Source: Oscillospiraceae bacterium
Lineage (GTDB): Bacteria > Bacillota > Clostridia > Oscillospirales > Ruminococcaceae
NCBI GenBank assembly: GCA_017547525.1
Contig: JAFYPL010000003.1
Coordinates: 1,426-65,425, forward strand
DNA: 64,000 nucleotides
Direction of reading: 5' to 3'
Below, piece after piece: positions 30,128 through 39,216 of the stretch. The translations under genes were made by a program, and so were the position numbers. A model generated the notes under the pieces. It was not told the DNA's origin, searched no databases, and saw nothing but the letters and a program-made list of their open reading frames with translations. Numbering within the stretch: the first letter of the stretch is position 1; each line of letters begins with the position of its first letter.

Positions 30128-30216
30128 TGTTTATTTTTCACCTTTATGTTACAATTGTTTTGACTATAGACAGTATATACTAAAATGTAAAATAAATCAA
30201 TATAAGAAGAGGTTTT

Positions 30217-30993
30217 ATGACATACAGCAAAGAAAAACTGCTGGACTGCGCCTGTAAGCTGGGACGCGGTCTGTTGGAAAACGGTGGTGAAATATACCGT
30301 GTAGAGCAGGCTATAGATTTTTTTATGAAAGCCTATGGCATAAAAGATGCACAGATATTTGCTATTCCTGCCACAATTATCGTAACTATTCCGGGTGACG
30401 ACGGCAAAGCTATGACGCAGCTGGAGCGTGTTACATCCATAGCACAGAATATGAGCCGACTGCACCGAGTAAACGATTTGTGCCGCTGGGTATGTGCAAA
30501 TACACCTGACCCACAGGTAATTTACGATAAACTGGATGATATACATAAAACAAAGCTGTATTCTTTTACAGAAATTATGATTGCCTACGGTGTAGCATCT
30601 GCGTTCTTCTGCTATTTCTGGGGTGGTAATACAGGAGACGCCATTGTGGCTTTTATAGCAGGTCTTGCTACAGAGTATTGCCTTATGTACATGGGTAAAG
30701 TAAAGGCGAATATCTTCTTTTCCAATCTTGTTTCCAGTATGGTTATAGCTGTGGTGGCAATTCTGGGTATGGTTACCGGTCTGGGCCATAATCTGGATAT
30801 GATTATCATTGGTGCAATCATGACGTTGGTGCCAGGGGTAGGTATTACAAATATTATGCGTGATATCATCAGTGGTGACGTTATTACCGGTACAAATAAA
30901 ATAGCAGAAGTTATGCTGATAGCCATTGCTATTGCGGTAGGTATAGCATTACCACTGTCTGCTTTCACAAACGTATTCGGAGGTGTGCTGTAA
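30217..30993 (+). CDS. Threonine/serine exporter family protein (ThrE N-type, DUF1212)
   Basis: GGEIYRVEQ motif, five or more C-terminal TM helices, and pairing with the downstream small subunit. Confidence 0.75.
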   Translation: MTYSKEKLLDCACKLGRGLLENGGEIYRVEQAIDFFMKAYGIKDAQIFAIPATIIVTIPGDDGKAMTQLERVTSIAQNMSRLHRVNDLCRWVCANTPDPQVIYDKLDDIHKTKLYSFTEIMIAYGVASAFFCYFWGGNTGDAIVAFIAGLATEYCLMYMGKVKANIFFSNLVSSMVIAVVAILGMVTGLGHNLDMIIIGAIMTLVPGVGITNIMRDIISGDVITGTNKIAEVMLIAIAIAVGIALPLSAFTNVFGGVL

Positions 30994-31442
30994 TGAGTAT
31001 AGTTACATCTTATGTATTACCTTTTATATATGCGGCAATGGCTTGCGCAGGTTTCTGCGTAATGTATAATCTGCATAATTTAAAAATTGCTGTTGCAGCC
31101 TGTGTAGGCGGCGGTATAGCATGGGTTGTTTATCTGCTGTGTGCACCTAGCGGTTCAGTTATATTCCAGAACCTGATGGCCGCAGTTTCTGTTGCTATAT
31201 TCAGCGAAATCATGGCACGTGTATTTAAAACACCATCCACAGTTTTTCTTATTGTTGGTATCCTGCCAATGGTACCAGGTGGTGGTATCTACTACACAAT
31301 GGAATACTGTATTCAGGGCAACATGCCAATGTTCCTTGAAAAATTGGTAAGCACTCTGGGTGTTGCCGGTGCTATCGCGGTTGGTGTGTCACTGGTTAGT
31401 TCCGTGGTACGAATTATTACTGCAAATAAATTTGAACAATAA
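30993..31442 (+). CDS. Threonine/serine exporter family protein (ThrE C-type, DUF3815)
   Basis: 149 aa with four TM helices. The start overlaps the upstream stop (TAATG). Confidence 0.75.
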   Translation: MSIVTSYVLPFIYAAMACAGFCVMYNLHNLKIAVAACVGGGIAWVVYLLCAPSGSVIFQNLMAAVSVAIFSEIMARVFKTPSTVFLIVGILPMVPGGGIYYTMEYCIQGNMPMFLEKLVSTLGVAGAIAVGVSLVSSVVRIITANKFEQ

Positions 31443-31467
31443 AATTTAATCATAAAGGAGATTTATC

Positions 31468-32184
31468 ATGAGCGACCACATTAATGCAAAACCAGGCGAA
31501 ATTGCCGAAAGAATCCTTCTTCCAGGTGACCCATTGAGAGCAAAATATATTGCTGAAAATTATCTGGAAAATGCTGTTTGCTTCAACGAAGTGCGCGGTA
31601 TGTATGGCTATACAGGCACATATAAAGGTGTACCTGTTTCTGTAATGGGAACAGGTATGGGTGTACCATCCATCCATATTTACGCAAGAGAACTGATGAC
31701 AGAATATGATGTAAAAACTCTTATCCGTATCGGTACAGGCGGCAGCTACGATTTGTCACTGAACGTTGGTGAACTTGTTATTTCCAAGGGTTGCTGTTAT
31801 ACATCTTCATTCATGGAATATGCTGATCTGAAAGGCACATTCTCTGCTGTTGCTGACCATGGTCTGGTTTACAAAGCAGAAAAACTGGCAGAAGAAATGA
31901 ATATTCCTGCACGTGTAGGTCTGACAGTATGTAATGACCTGCTGTACTTTGACAATAAACCTGAAATTGCAAAACAGTGGAATAAATATGGTGTTATCGG
32001 CTCTGAACAGGAAGCTGTTGCGCTGTATGCACTGGCTAGCCAGTTCAGAACAAAAGCTCTCATGATTATGAGTGTTGCTGTTAATATCCTGGATCTGGAT
32101 CAGCCACCACTTTCAAAAGAAGAAAGAGAAAAAGAGCTGGATAATATGATTAAACTGGCTCTGGAAACAGCTATTGCTGAATAA
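31468..32184 (+). CDS. deoD: DeoD-type purine nucleoside phosphorylase homolog (atypical active-site motif)
   Basis: It aligns along its whole length with hexameric PNP (LLPGDPLRAKYIAE, GTYKG, IRIGTGG). The canonical TVSDH motif reads SVAVN. Confidence 0.8.
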   Translation: MSDHINAKPGEIAERILLPGDPLRAKYIAENYLENAVCFNEVRGMYGYTGTYKGVPVSVMGTGMGVPSIHIYARELMTEYDVKTLIRIGTGGSYDLSLNVGELVISKGCCYTSSFMEYADLKGTFSAVADHGLVYKAEKLAEEMNIPARVGLTVCNDLLYFDNKPEIAKQWNKYGVIGSEQEAVALYALASQFRTKALMIMSVAVNILDLDQPPLSKEEREKELDNMIKLALETAIAE

Positions 32185-32196
32185 TATATGTAAAAT

Positions 32197-32230
32197 AAAA
32201 GCAAGGTATCTAGTGATACCTTGCTTTTTT
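32197..32230. terminator. Bidirectional terminator
   Basis: AAAAGCAAGGTATC-tagt-GATACCTTGCTTTTTT. Confidence 0.85.
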
Positions 32231-32242
32231 ATTTGATTGTTT

Positions 32243-32719
32243 TTATGCTTCTTTCAGTTTGCATACATCTACCCAGTCAGTGGCTTTGCTGTATGTAAAC
32301 AGTTCATCAGGTGTCAGCTCAATAGCACTGTTTGATGAGCCACATGCAGGGAATACAGTGGAAAATCTTTTTACACTTTCATCAATGTAGATACCTTTTA
32401 CACCTTCTTTTACAGCAAAAGGACATACGCCACCGATTGCATGACCGATGAGTTCAATTACTTCTTCAGCAGTAAGCATTTTGGCTTTCATACCAAATGT
32501 GTGTTTATATTTGGCGTTATCGATTTTTACATCGCCGGCTGTAACCACAAGAATACAACCATCTTCTTTTTTAAATGACATTGTTTTTGCGATACGGGCT
32601 TCTTCGGTGCCAAGAGCAATAGCGGCCAGCTGGACTGTGGCACTGGATACATCGAATTCCAGCACTTTATCTTCCATGCCCATACCTTTAAAATAATCTC
32701 TTACAATTTCAATAGACAT
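32243..32719 (-). CDS. YbaK/EbsC-type aminoacyl-tRNA deacylase domain protein
   Basis: AKTMSFK, GHAIGGVCPF and ACGS motifs. ATG 32719 is preceded by GGAGAGAG; the track start 32788 is rejected. Confidence 0.8.
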   Translation of the reverse strand: MSIEIVRDYFKGMGMEDKVLEFDVSSATVQLAAIALGTEEARIAKTMSFKKEDGCILVVTAGDVKIDNAKYKHTFGMKAKMLTAEEVIELIGHAIGGVCPFAVKEGVKGIYIDESVKRFSTVFPACGSSNSAIELTPDELFTYSKATDWVDVCKLKEA

Positions 32720-32858
32720 TTTTCTCTCTCCGATAATAAAATATGTTGATAATATAGCATAATCTTTATGATAATGCAACTTTAACAACTAAAAGTTGTT
32801 GATACTATTGAAAATACAACCGAAAAGTGTTAAAATACACACAAGAGGTGATAATTTC

Positions 32859-34178
32859 ATGGATATGTACCAGAAACTGAATATTCTGACAGATGCAGCT
32901 AAATACGACGTAGCATGTACATCCAGTGGTATCAGCCGTGGGGCGGGTGGCAAAATAGGCACAGCATCTGCGGGGGGGATATGCCATTCATGGTCTGCAG
33001 ATGGCAGATGTATATCTCTTTTGAAAGTGCTGTTTACAAATTACTGTCAGTATGACTGCGCTTTCTGTATAAACAGAAAATCAAACGATGTACCACGTGC
33101 GGCCTTTACTCCACGTGAATTGGCGGACCTTACCATAGATTTTTATAGACGTAACTATATAGAAGGTTTGTTTATATCATCCGGAGTACTTAAAAATGCA
33201 GATTACACCATGGAACTTATGATAAGCTGTGTAAGGATTCTGAGAGAAGAGTATGGATTCAATGGATATATACATGCAAAAGCCATACCAGGTGCCTCTC
33301 AACAGCTGGTGGAAATATTGGGTAGTTTGGTGGACAGAGTAAGTGTAAATATAGAACTACCCAGCGAAGCAAGTCTGAAAAAGCTGGCACCACAAAAAAG
33401 CAAGGCCAACATACTGGCACCTATGAAGACTATAACAGATGGTCAGGAAAAAGCCAGATACGAAATGGTGAAATACAAACACGCACCACGATTTGCACCG
33501 GCAGGTCAGTCCACACAGATGATAATAGGAGCCAGTGATGAAAGCGATTTTCATATATTGCGTTTATCACAGGCATTGTACGATAGATATAAACTGAAAA
33601 GGGTATTTTTTTCGGCCTATATACCGTTGAATGAAGACAGAATGTTGCCGGCCAAAGATACAAAACCACCATTATTGCGTGAGCACAGACTGTATCAGGC
33701 AGACTGGTTGTTGCGTTTTTATGGTTTCAGGGCGGAGGAAATATTGTCTGAACAGGATAATATGTTTAATCCTTTGCTGGACCCTAAATGTAACTGGGCA
33801 TTGAACAACATGCATCTGTTTCCGGTGGAAGTAAATACAGCACCCTACGAAATGCTTTTACGTGTACCGGGTATAGGGGTTACAGGGGCCCGACGTATAG
33901 TTGCAGCCAGAAAAATGGCATGGTTAGATTTTGACAGCCTGAAAAAGATAGGTGTGGTTCTGAAGCGTGCACAGTATTTTATAACCTGCAAAGGGAAAAC
34001 TGCGCAGTATGTAACCATAGATAAAATCAGGGCGGAAAATATGCTGATTTCTGCGTCTGCAAAAGATAATTTTAAAATAACTGCAGGTCAGGCAACACAG
34101 ATGAGTTTGTTTGACCGGGGCAGCCTGAACGACAGATATATAGATGTAAAAACGGAGAGGATGGTAGTGAATGTCTGA
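32859..34178 (+). CDS. Putative DNA modification/repair radical SAM protein (TIGR03916-like)
   Basis: CQYDCAFC (CxxxCxxC) cluster motif and a C-terminal helix-hairpin-helix, LLRVPGIGVTGARRIV. ATG 32859 follows AGAGGTG. Confidence 0.8.
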   Translation: MDMYQKLNILTDAAKYDVACTSSGISRGAGGKIGTASAGGICHSWSADGRCISLLKVLFTNYCQYDCAFCINRKSNDVPRAAFTPRELADLTIDFYRRNYIEGLFISSGVLKNADYTMELMISCVRILREEYGFNGYIHAKAIPGASQQLVEILGSLVDRVSVNIELPSEASLKKLAPQKSKANILAPMKTITDGQEKARYEMVKYKHAPRFAPAGQSTQMIIGASDESDFHILRLSQALYDRYKLKRVFFSAYIPLNEDRMLPAKDTKPPLLREHRLYQADWLLRFYGFRAEEILSEQDNMFNPLLDPKCNWALNNMHLFPVEVNTAPYEMLLRVPGIGVTGARRIVAARKMAWLDFDSLKKIGVVLKRAQYFITCKGKTAQYVTIDKIRAENMLISASAKDNFKITAGQATQMSLFDRGSLNDRYIDVKTERMVVNV

Positions 34179-34959
34179 AGCACAGAAGGTAATGTATATA
34201 TATGACGGGACTTTTGAAGGGTTCCTGTGCTGCGTGTACAACTTTTATTACAACAGATTAAAACCGGCAGCCATTGTATCTGTTGCTGATTTTACGCCCA
34301 GCTTTTACGAAAACCTGATGATAGAAACTGACTATGAACAGGTATATAAAGTAAGATTTGCAATAGAGGAAAAAATGGGCAGGAGGAATCTGGAATTTCT
34401 TACAGGTTGCTTCCTCACCTTTCTGCAGGAAAAAGAAATGTATATGCTACGTTATATTGTGAAAGGTTTCAAGAAAGGGGCGCGTATTATCAATGATCTT
34501 TCTGATGACGATGTGGCGGCATTGTTTAAAGCCCATCGTCACATGGAAAGGGAAAGACAACACTTTCTGGGGTTTGTACGTTTTTACAAAGCAGGTGATG
34601 TGTATGTGGCTAAAATTGAGCCTAAAAATCAGTTATTACCAGTTATGGCGTGGCATTTTACCAATCGTTTTGCAAATCAGGATTTTATGATATATGATGC
34701 TACCCATAAACAGGCTTTGATATATTCAAATGGCGACTATAGAATAATACGTGTGGATGATATAGAAATGCCACCGGTCAGTGAAGACGAAAGACGTATG
34801 CAGCGACTGTGGAAAAATTTCTATGACACCATAGCTATAAAAGAGAGATACAATCCGTCATGCCGAATGAGTTTTATGCCAAAACGAACATGGCGAAACC
34901 TGACAGAAATGCAGGATCTGTCCGAAGGGGACAACAGAATAACAGCTGGAAAATATTGA
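34171..34959 (+). CDS. TIGR03915-like putative DNA repair protein (DUF4130)
   Basis: There is an 8-nt overlap (ATGTCTGA) with the radical SAM gene. The family call is from memory of the conserved gene pair. Confidence 0.65.
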   Translation: MSEAQKVMYIYDGTFEGFLCCVYNFYYNRLKPAAIVSVADFTPSFYENLMIETDYEQVYKVRFAIEEKMGRRNLEFLTGCFLTFLQEKEMYMLRYIVKGFKKGARIINDLSDDDVAALFKAHRHMERERQHFLGFVRFYKAGDVYVAKIEPKNQLLPVMAWHFTNRFANQDFMIYDATHKQALIYSNGDYRIIRVDDIEMPPVSEDERRMQRLWKNFYDTIAIKERYNPSCRMSFMPKRTWRNLTEMQDLSEGDNRITAGKY

Positions 34960-35000
34960 CAGTTGATAGGTTAGCTTATATAATAGTTATATAAGCTAAC
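34956..35000 (+). promoter_or_regulatory. Promoter plus perfect 14-bp-arm palindrome (MarR operator candidate)
   Basis: TTGACA-17 nt-TATAAT. GTTAGCTTATATAA-tag-TTATATAAGCTAAC overlaps the -10. Confidence 0.65.
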
Positions 35001-35037
35001 TATTTTATTGTAGAACTAATTTGATAAGGAGGTAATT

Positions 35038-35490
35038 GTGAACAAAGTAAAAGCGGAGCAGTTGAATATTGCGTTGCGAAAAGTATCCAGACTGAGCAGA
35101 ATTCTACAGATGAAATGTTATCAGAGTAATGGTGACCTAAGAATGTTGAGAATAATTAACCACCATGAAAATGAGGGGGTGACCCCTAGTTTACTGGCAG
35201 AAAAACTGGAAATAGCATTACCTACAGTTTCACGGAAACTTTCTGTGCTGGAAAAACAGGAACTTATAGAGAGAAAGGTTTCCGCGGAGGACAGAAGAAA
35301 AACATACGTCTATGCTACAGACAAAGGCAGGCAGATTATTCAGGAGGATTATATACGGTTTATGGGCAGATTTTCATCCGTATATGAAAAACTGGGTGAA
35401 GAAAAAGCGGTACAACTGGCGGAACTTCTAGGAGAAGTAGCTGGATATCTTGATGAAGAAATACATAATGAAGCAGGTGATAATAAGTGA
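35038..35490 (+). CDS. MarR-family transcriptional regulator
   Basis: wHTH core (LAEKLEIALPTVSRKLSVLEKQELIERK...DRRK). GTG start after AGGAGG. Confidence 0.85.
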   Translation: MNKVKAEQLNIALRKVSRLSRILQMKCYQSNGDLRMLRIINHHENEGVTPSLLAEKLEIALPTVSRKLSVLEKQELIERKVSAEDRRKTYVYATDKGRQIIQEDYIRFMGRFSSVYEKLGEEKAVQLAELLGEVAGYLDEEIHNEAGDNK

Positions 35491-37265
35491 AACACGTATT
35501 AAAACACGTAAAACCATACATGCATTTGCTTGTCGTATCCATCATACTCATAGGTGTGCAGGCATATTGTAACCTTGCACTGCCTGATGTGATGAGCCAG
35601 ATAGTAAATGTAGGTATACAGGAGTATTCTGAAAAAATTGCTATGGCGGGTGGCACTGCTGCCACAGCACTTATAGCTGAACAGAAAAAATATATTTATG
35701 TTATGGGGCTGAAAATGCTGGTTCTGGCCACAGGTACAAGCATGGTTGCACTGGCGGTCCAGTTCTGTAATGCACGTCTTGGCACAGGCCTTTCCCGAGA
35801 CTTAAGAAAAACAATCTTTGGTAAAATCGAAAGTTTTTCCGGTGCAGAATTTGACCAGTTTTCCACAGCATCCCTTATCACCCGCACAACCAATGATGTA
35901 CAGCAGGTTCAGATGATGCTGACTATGGGGGTAAGAACCATAGTTTTTGCACCATTTATGGGTATAGGTGGCGTTGTTATGGCTATGAGAAAAGCACCAT
36001 CAATGGCGTGGATAAATGCGCTCAGTGTATTACTGGTATTCTGCCTGCTAGTAGTTATAAACTCTCTGGCACTGCCAAGATTCAAAATTATACAGGATCT
36101 TATTGATAAACTTAATCTTGTGGCCCGCGAAAGACTGACAGGCCTTCTGGTAGTACGTGCGTTCTCTACACAGAAATACGAAGAAGAACGCTTTGATAAA
36201 GCCAGTTCTGATTATAAAAAAGTAAACCTGTTTGTAAACCGTACTATGAGCATGATGGGGCCTACTATGGGGCTTATCCAGACACTTGTTCCTGTGCTGA
36301 TAGTGTGGGTAGGTGCAGAAAAAATAGCACAAAGCCAGCTGATGGTTGGTGATATGATGGCGTACATACAGTACTCCGGCAACATTATGGGTGCATTTAT
36401 GATGCTTTCAGGCATATTTATCATGTTCCCACGTGCTATGGTTTCTGTTAACCGTATCAGTGAAATACTGGATACACAAAACCTTATTACTGAAAAAGAA
36501 AATCCTGTGGAATTGGTACAGGACAAATGTGAAATCACTTTTGACAATGTGAATTTTGCATACCCATCTGGTGATGGTGATGTGCTGGAAAATATATCCT
36601 TTACAGCTAAACCGGGACGGGTAACAGCTATAATCGGTTCAACAGGTTGTGGTAAAACCAGTCTTATAAACCTGATTCCGCGTTTTTACGACGTAAAAAG
36701 CGGCAGCGTAAAAATAAATGATGTAGATGTGCGTGATATGTCACTTACATCGCTGCGTAATCTTATAGGTTATGTGCCGCAGAAATCAGTATTGCTGTCT
36801 GGCACAATCCGTTCCAATCTTATGGCTGCAAATCCACAGGCTACACAGGCAGATATAGAGAAAGCCTGTGAAATTGCTCAGGCAAAATCATTTATAGAAG
36901 AAAAAGAAGAAGGTTATGATTCTGTCGTAAGTCAGGGTGGTACAAACTTCTCCGGTGGTCAGCGTCAGCGTCTGGCCATAGCCCGTGCAGTAGTGAAAAT
37001 GGCGCCTATATGTATATTTGACGACAGTTTCTCTGCTCTTGATTTTACAACCGATCTGAATCTGAGAAAAGCTCTCAATAAAAATCTTGCTGACTCCACT
37101 ATAATCATAGTTGGACAGCGAGTTGCCAGCATTATGGATGCAGACCAGATACTGGTTATGGATGAAGGTAGAATAGTGGGTAAAGGTACCCATAAACAGT
37201 TGCTGGAAAACTGTAGCGAATACCGTGAAATCGCATACAGCCAGCTGTCAGAAGAGGAGGTGTGA
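35487..37265 (+). CDS. ABC exporter, fused permease/ATPase subunit (type I exporter)
   Basis: Six-TM domain followed by GSTGCGKTS, FSGGQRQRLAIARA and IFDDSFSALD. Confidence 0.9.
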   Translation: MKHVLKHVKPYMHLLVVSIILIGVQAYCNLALPDVMSQIVNVGIQEYSEKIAMAGGTAATALIAEQKKYIYVMGLKMLVLATGTSMVALAVQFCNARLGTGLSRDLRKTIFGKIESFSGAEFDQFSTASLITRTTNDVQQVQMMLTMGVRTIVFAPFMGIGGVVMAMRKAPSMAWINALSVLLVFCLLVVINSLALPRFKIIQDLIDKLNLVARERLTGLLVVRAFSTQKYEEERFDKASSDYKKVNLFVNRTMSMMGPTMGLIQTLVPVLIVWVGAEKIAQSQLMVGDMMAYIQYSGNIMGAFMMLSGIFIMFPRAMVSVNRISEILDTQNLITEKENPVELVQDKCEITFDNVNFAYPSGDGDVLENISFTAKPGRVTAIIGSTGCGKTSLINLIPRFYDVKSGSVKINDVDVRDMSLTSLRNLIGYVPQKSVLLSGTIRSNLMAANPQATQADIEKACEIAQAKSFIEEKEEGYDSVVSQGGTNFSGGQRQRLAIARAVVKMAPICIFDDSFSALDFTTDLNLRKALNKNLADSTIIIVGQRVASIMDADQILVMDEGRIVGKGTHKQLLENCSEYREIAYSQLSEEEV

Positions 37266-37268
37266 TAT

Positions 37269-39143
37269 ATGGCTAATATGAATCGTAATGGCCCTCCTCC
37301 AGGCAGACCAGGTCCAGGTGGTCCGGGCGGTGGCCCAGGTGGCAGAAACGCCGCTATGCGTGGCGGTGAAAAGCCAAAAGATATGAAAAAGACACTGAAA
37401 AAATCTTTCAGCTATCTGGGTGTATACAAAGCAGGACTTCTGTTGGTAATGATTCTGGCGGCTGCATCCAGTGTATTTAAAGTTATAGGTCCTAATCTTC
37501 TGGGTAATGCAACGGACGTGTTGTATACGGCGGTTGAAGGCGCTATAGTTACAGGTAAAGTGATAATTGACTATGTGGCACTGAAGAAAATAGTAATATA
37601 TCTGATTATACTCTATGTGATATCATATGTGTTTTCTGTGGTACAGGGATTTACAACTGCGCAAATTTCCAATAATATCACTTACCGTATGCGTAAGGAT
37701 ATAAGTGAAAAAATCAACAGACTGCCTATCAGCTTTTTTGATGTTACCAGCACCGGCGACGTACTGTCACGTATTACCAATGACGTTGAATCACTCAGCA
37801 GTTCATTGCGTGAAACTCTGGCACAGCTTGCATCATCACTTACACTTATAGTAGGTACAATTATAATGATGCTGTCGGTTTCATGGAAACTGACATTGAT
37901 AGCTTTTGGTATGATACCAGTTTCCATGTTCATCATTTCCAAAATTATCAAAATCAGCCAGCCTCTTTATCGTAAACAGCAGAAATCCCTTGGTATGGTA
38001 AACGGCCATGTGGAAGAAATGATGAGTGCACACATCGTGGTAAAAGCATTCAATATGGAAAATCAGTCCATAGCTGATTTTGATGTATATAACCATGAAT
38101 TGCGCGAGAATGGTTGGCGCAGTCAGGTGGCATCCAGTGCAATGATGCCTATTACAAACTTTGTTTCCAATCTGGGATACATTCTTGTATGTATTCTGGG
38201 GGCAGGCATGGTTGTAAAAAAGACCCTCACAGTTGGTAATATCCAGACTTTTATCAGTTATATCCGTAACTTCAATCAGCCTATACAGCAGATAGCAAAC
38301 ATTTCCACAATGTTGCAGTCCGCTATGGCATGCGGTGAAAGAATTTTTGAATTTCTTGACCAGCCTGAAGAGGAGGCGGACACTCTTGAACCACATACTA
38401 CAGATGATATAGTGGGTACAGTTACATTCCAGGATGTTAATTTTGGCTATACAGCCGAAAAAACTATTATAGATGATTTAGATCTGGTGGTAAAACCTGG
38501 TGAAAAAATTGCTATCGTAGGACCTACAGGTGCCGGTAAAACCACAGTGGTTAAACTGCTGATGAGATTCTACGAACTGAATGGCGGTACTATAAGTATT
38601 GACGGTGTAAATATCAAAGACTTTGCCCGTAATGACCTGCGCGAAATGTTTGGTATGGTTTTACAGGAAACATGGCTGTTCAAAGGTACAATACGTGACA
38701 ATATCATGTATTCCCGTCCGGATGCTACAGAAGAAGAAATGATAGAGGCGGCAAAAGCCAGCCGAGTTCATCATTTTGTAATGACACTTCCAGGTGGTTA
38801 TGATTTTGAACTCAATGAAGAAACATCAAATATTTCACAGGGGCAGAAACAGCTGATTACTATAGCCCGTGCATTCCTGCAAAATCCTAAAATACTTATT
38901 CTGGACGAAGCTACATCCAGTGTAGACACCAGAACAGAAGTACAGATTCAGCAGGCTATGGCAAACCTTATGGAAAACAGAACCAGCTTTGTTATTGCAC
39001 ATCGCTTGTCTACCATCCGCGATGCTGATAAGATAATTGTTCTTAATGCAGGTAAGGTGGAAGAAATAGGTAATCATCACGACCTGCTGGCAAAAGGCGG
39101 TTTTTATGCAAAACTGTATCAGAGTCAGTTTGAAAATGCATAA
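37269..39143 (+). CDS. ABC exporter, fused permease/ATPase subunit, with a Gly/Pro-rich N-terminal tail
   Basis: GPTGAGKTT, ISQGQKQLITIARA and LILDEATSSVD motifs. The N-terminus reads GPPPGRPGPGGPGGGPGG. Confidence 0.9.
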   Translation: MANMNRNGPPPGRPGPGGPGGGPGGRNAAMRGGEKPKDMKKTLKKSFSYLGVYKAGLLLVMILAAASSVFKVIGPNLLGNATDVLYTAVEGAIVTGKVIIDYVALKKIVIYLIILYVISYVFSVVQGFTTAQISNNITYRMRKDISEKINRLPISFFDVTSTGDVLSRITNDVESLSSSLRETLAQLASSLTLIVGTIIMMLSVSWKLTLIAFGMIPVSMFIISKIIKISQPLYRKQQKSLGMVNGHVEEMMSAHIVVKAFNMENQSIADFDVYNHELRENGWRSQVASSAMMPITNFVSNLGYILVCILGAGMVVKKTLTVGNIQTFISYIRNFNQPIQQIANISTMLQSAMACGERIFEFLDQPEEEADTLEPHTTDDIVGTVTFQDVNFGYTAEKTIIDDLDLVVKPGEKIAIVGPTGAGKTTVVKLLMRFYELNGGTISIDGVNIKDFARNDLREMFGMVLQETWLFKGTIRDNIMYSRPDATEEEMIEAAKASRVHHFVMTLPGGYDFELNEETSNISQGQKQLITIARAFLQNPKILILDEATSSVDTRTEVQIQQAMANLMENRTSFVIAHRLSTIRDADKIIVLNAGKVEEIGNHHDLLAKGGFYAKLYQSQFENA

Positions 39144-39171
39144 GCCTGATATTATATAATAAAATAAAAAT

Positions 39172-39201
39172 ATATCCCCGGCCTGTAATAGCCGGGGATA
39201 T
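39172..39201. terminator. Bidirectional terminator
   Basis: ATATCCCCGGC-ctgtaata-GCCGGGGATAT. Confidence 0.75.
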
Positions 39202-39216
39202 TTCATTATAAAGTTT

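Noticed and set aside
29917-30183. Tracked ORFs 29917-30117 (minus) and 29974-30183 (plus).
   Set aside because: Neither has a Shine-Dalgarno or a sensible composition. A different minus-strand frame gives a Cys-rich ORF bracketed by a Shine-Dalgarno and a terminator, and that one was preferred.
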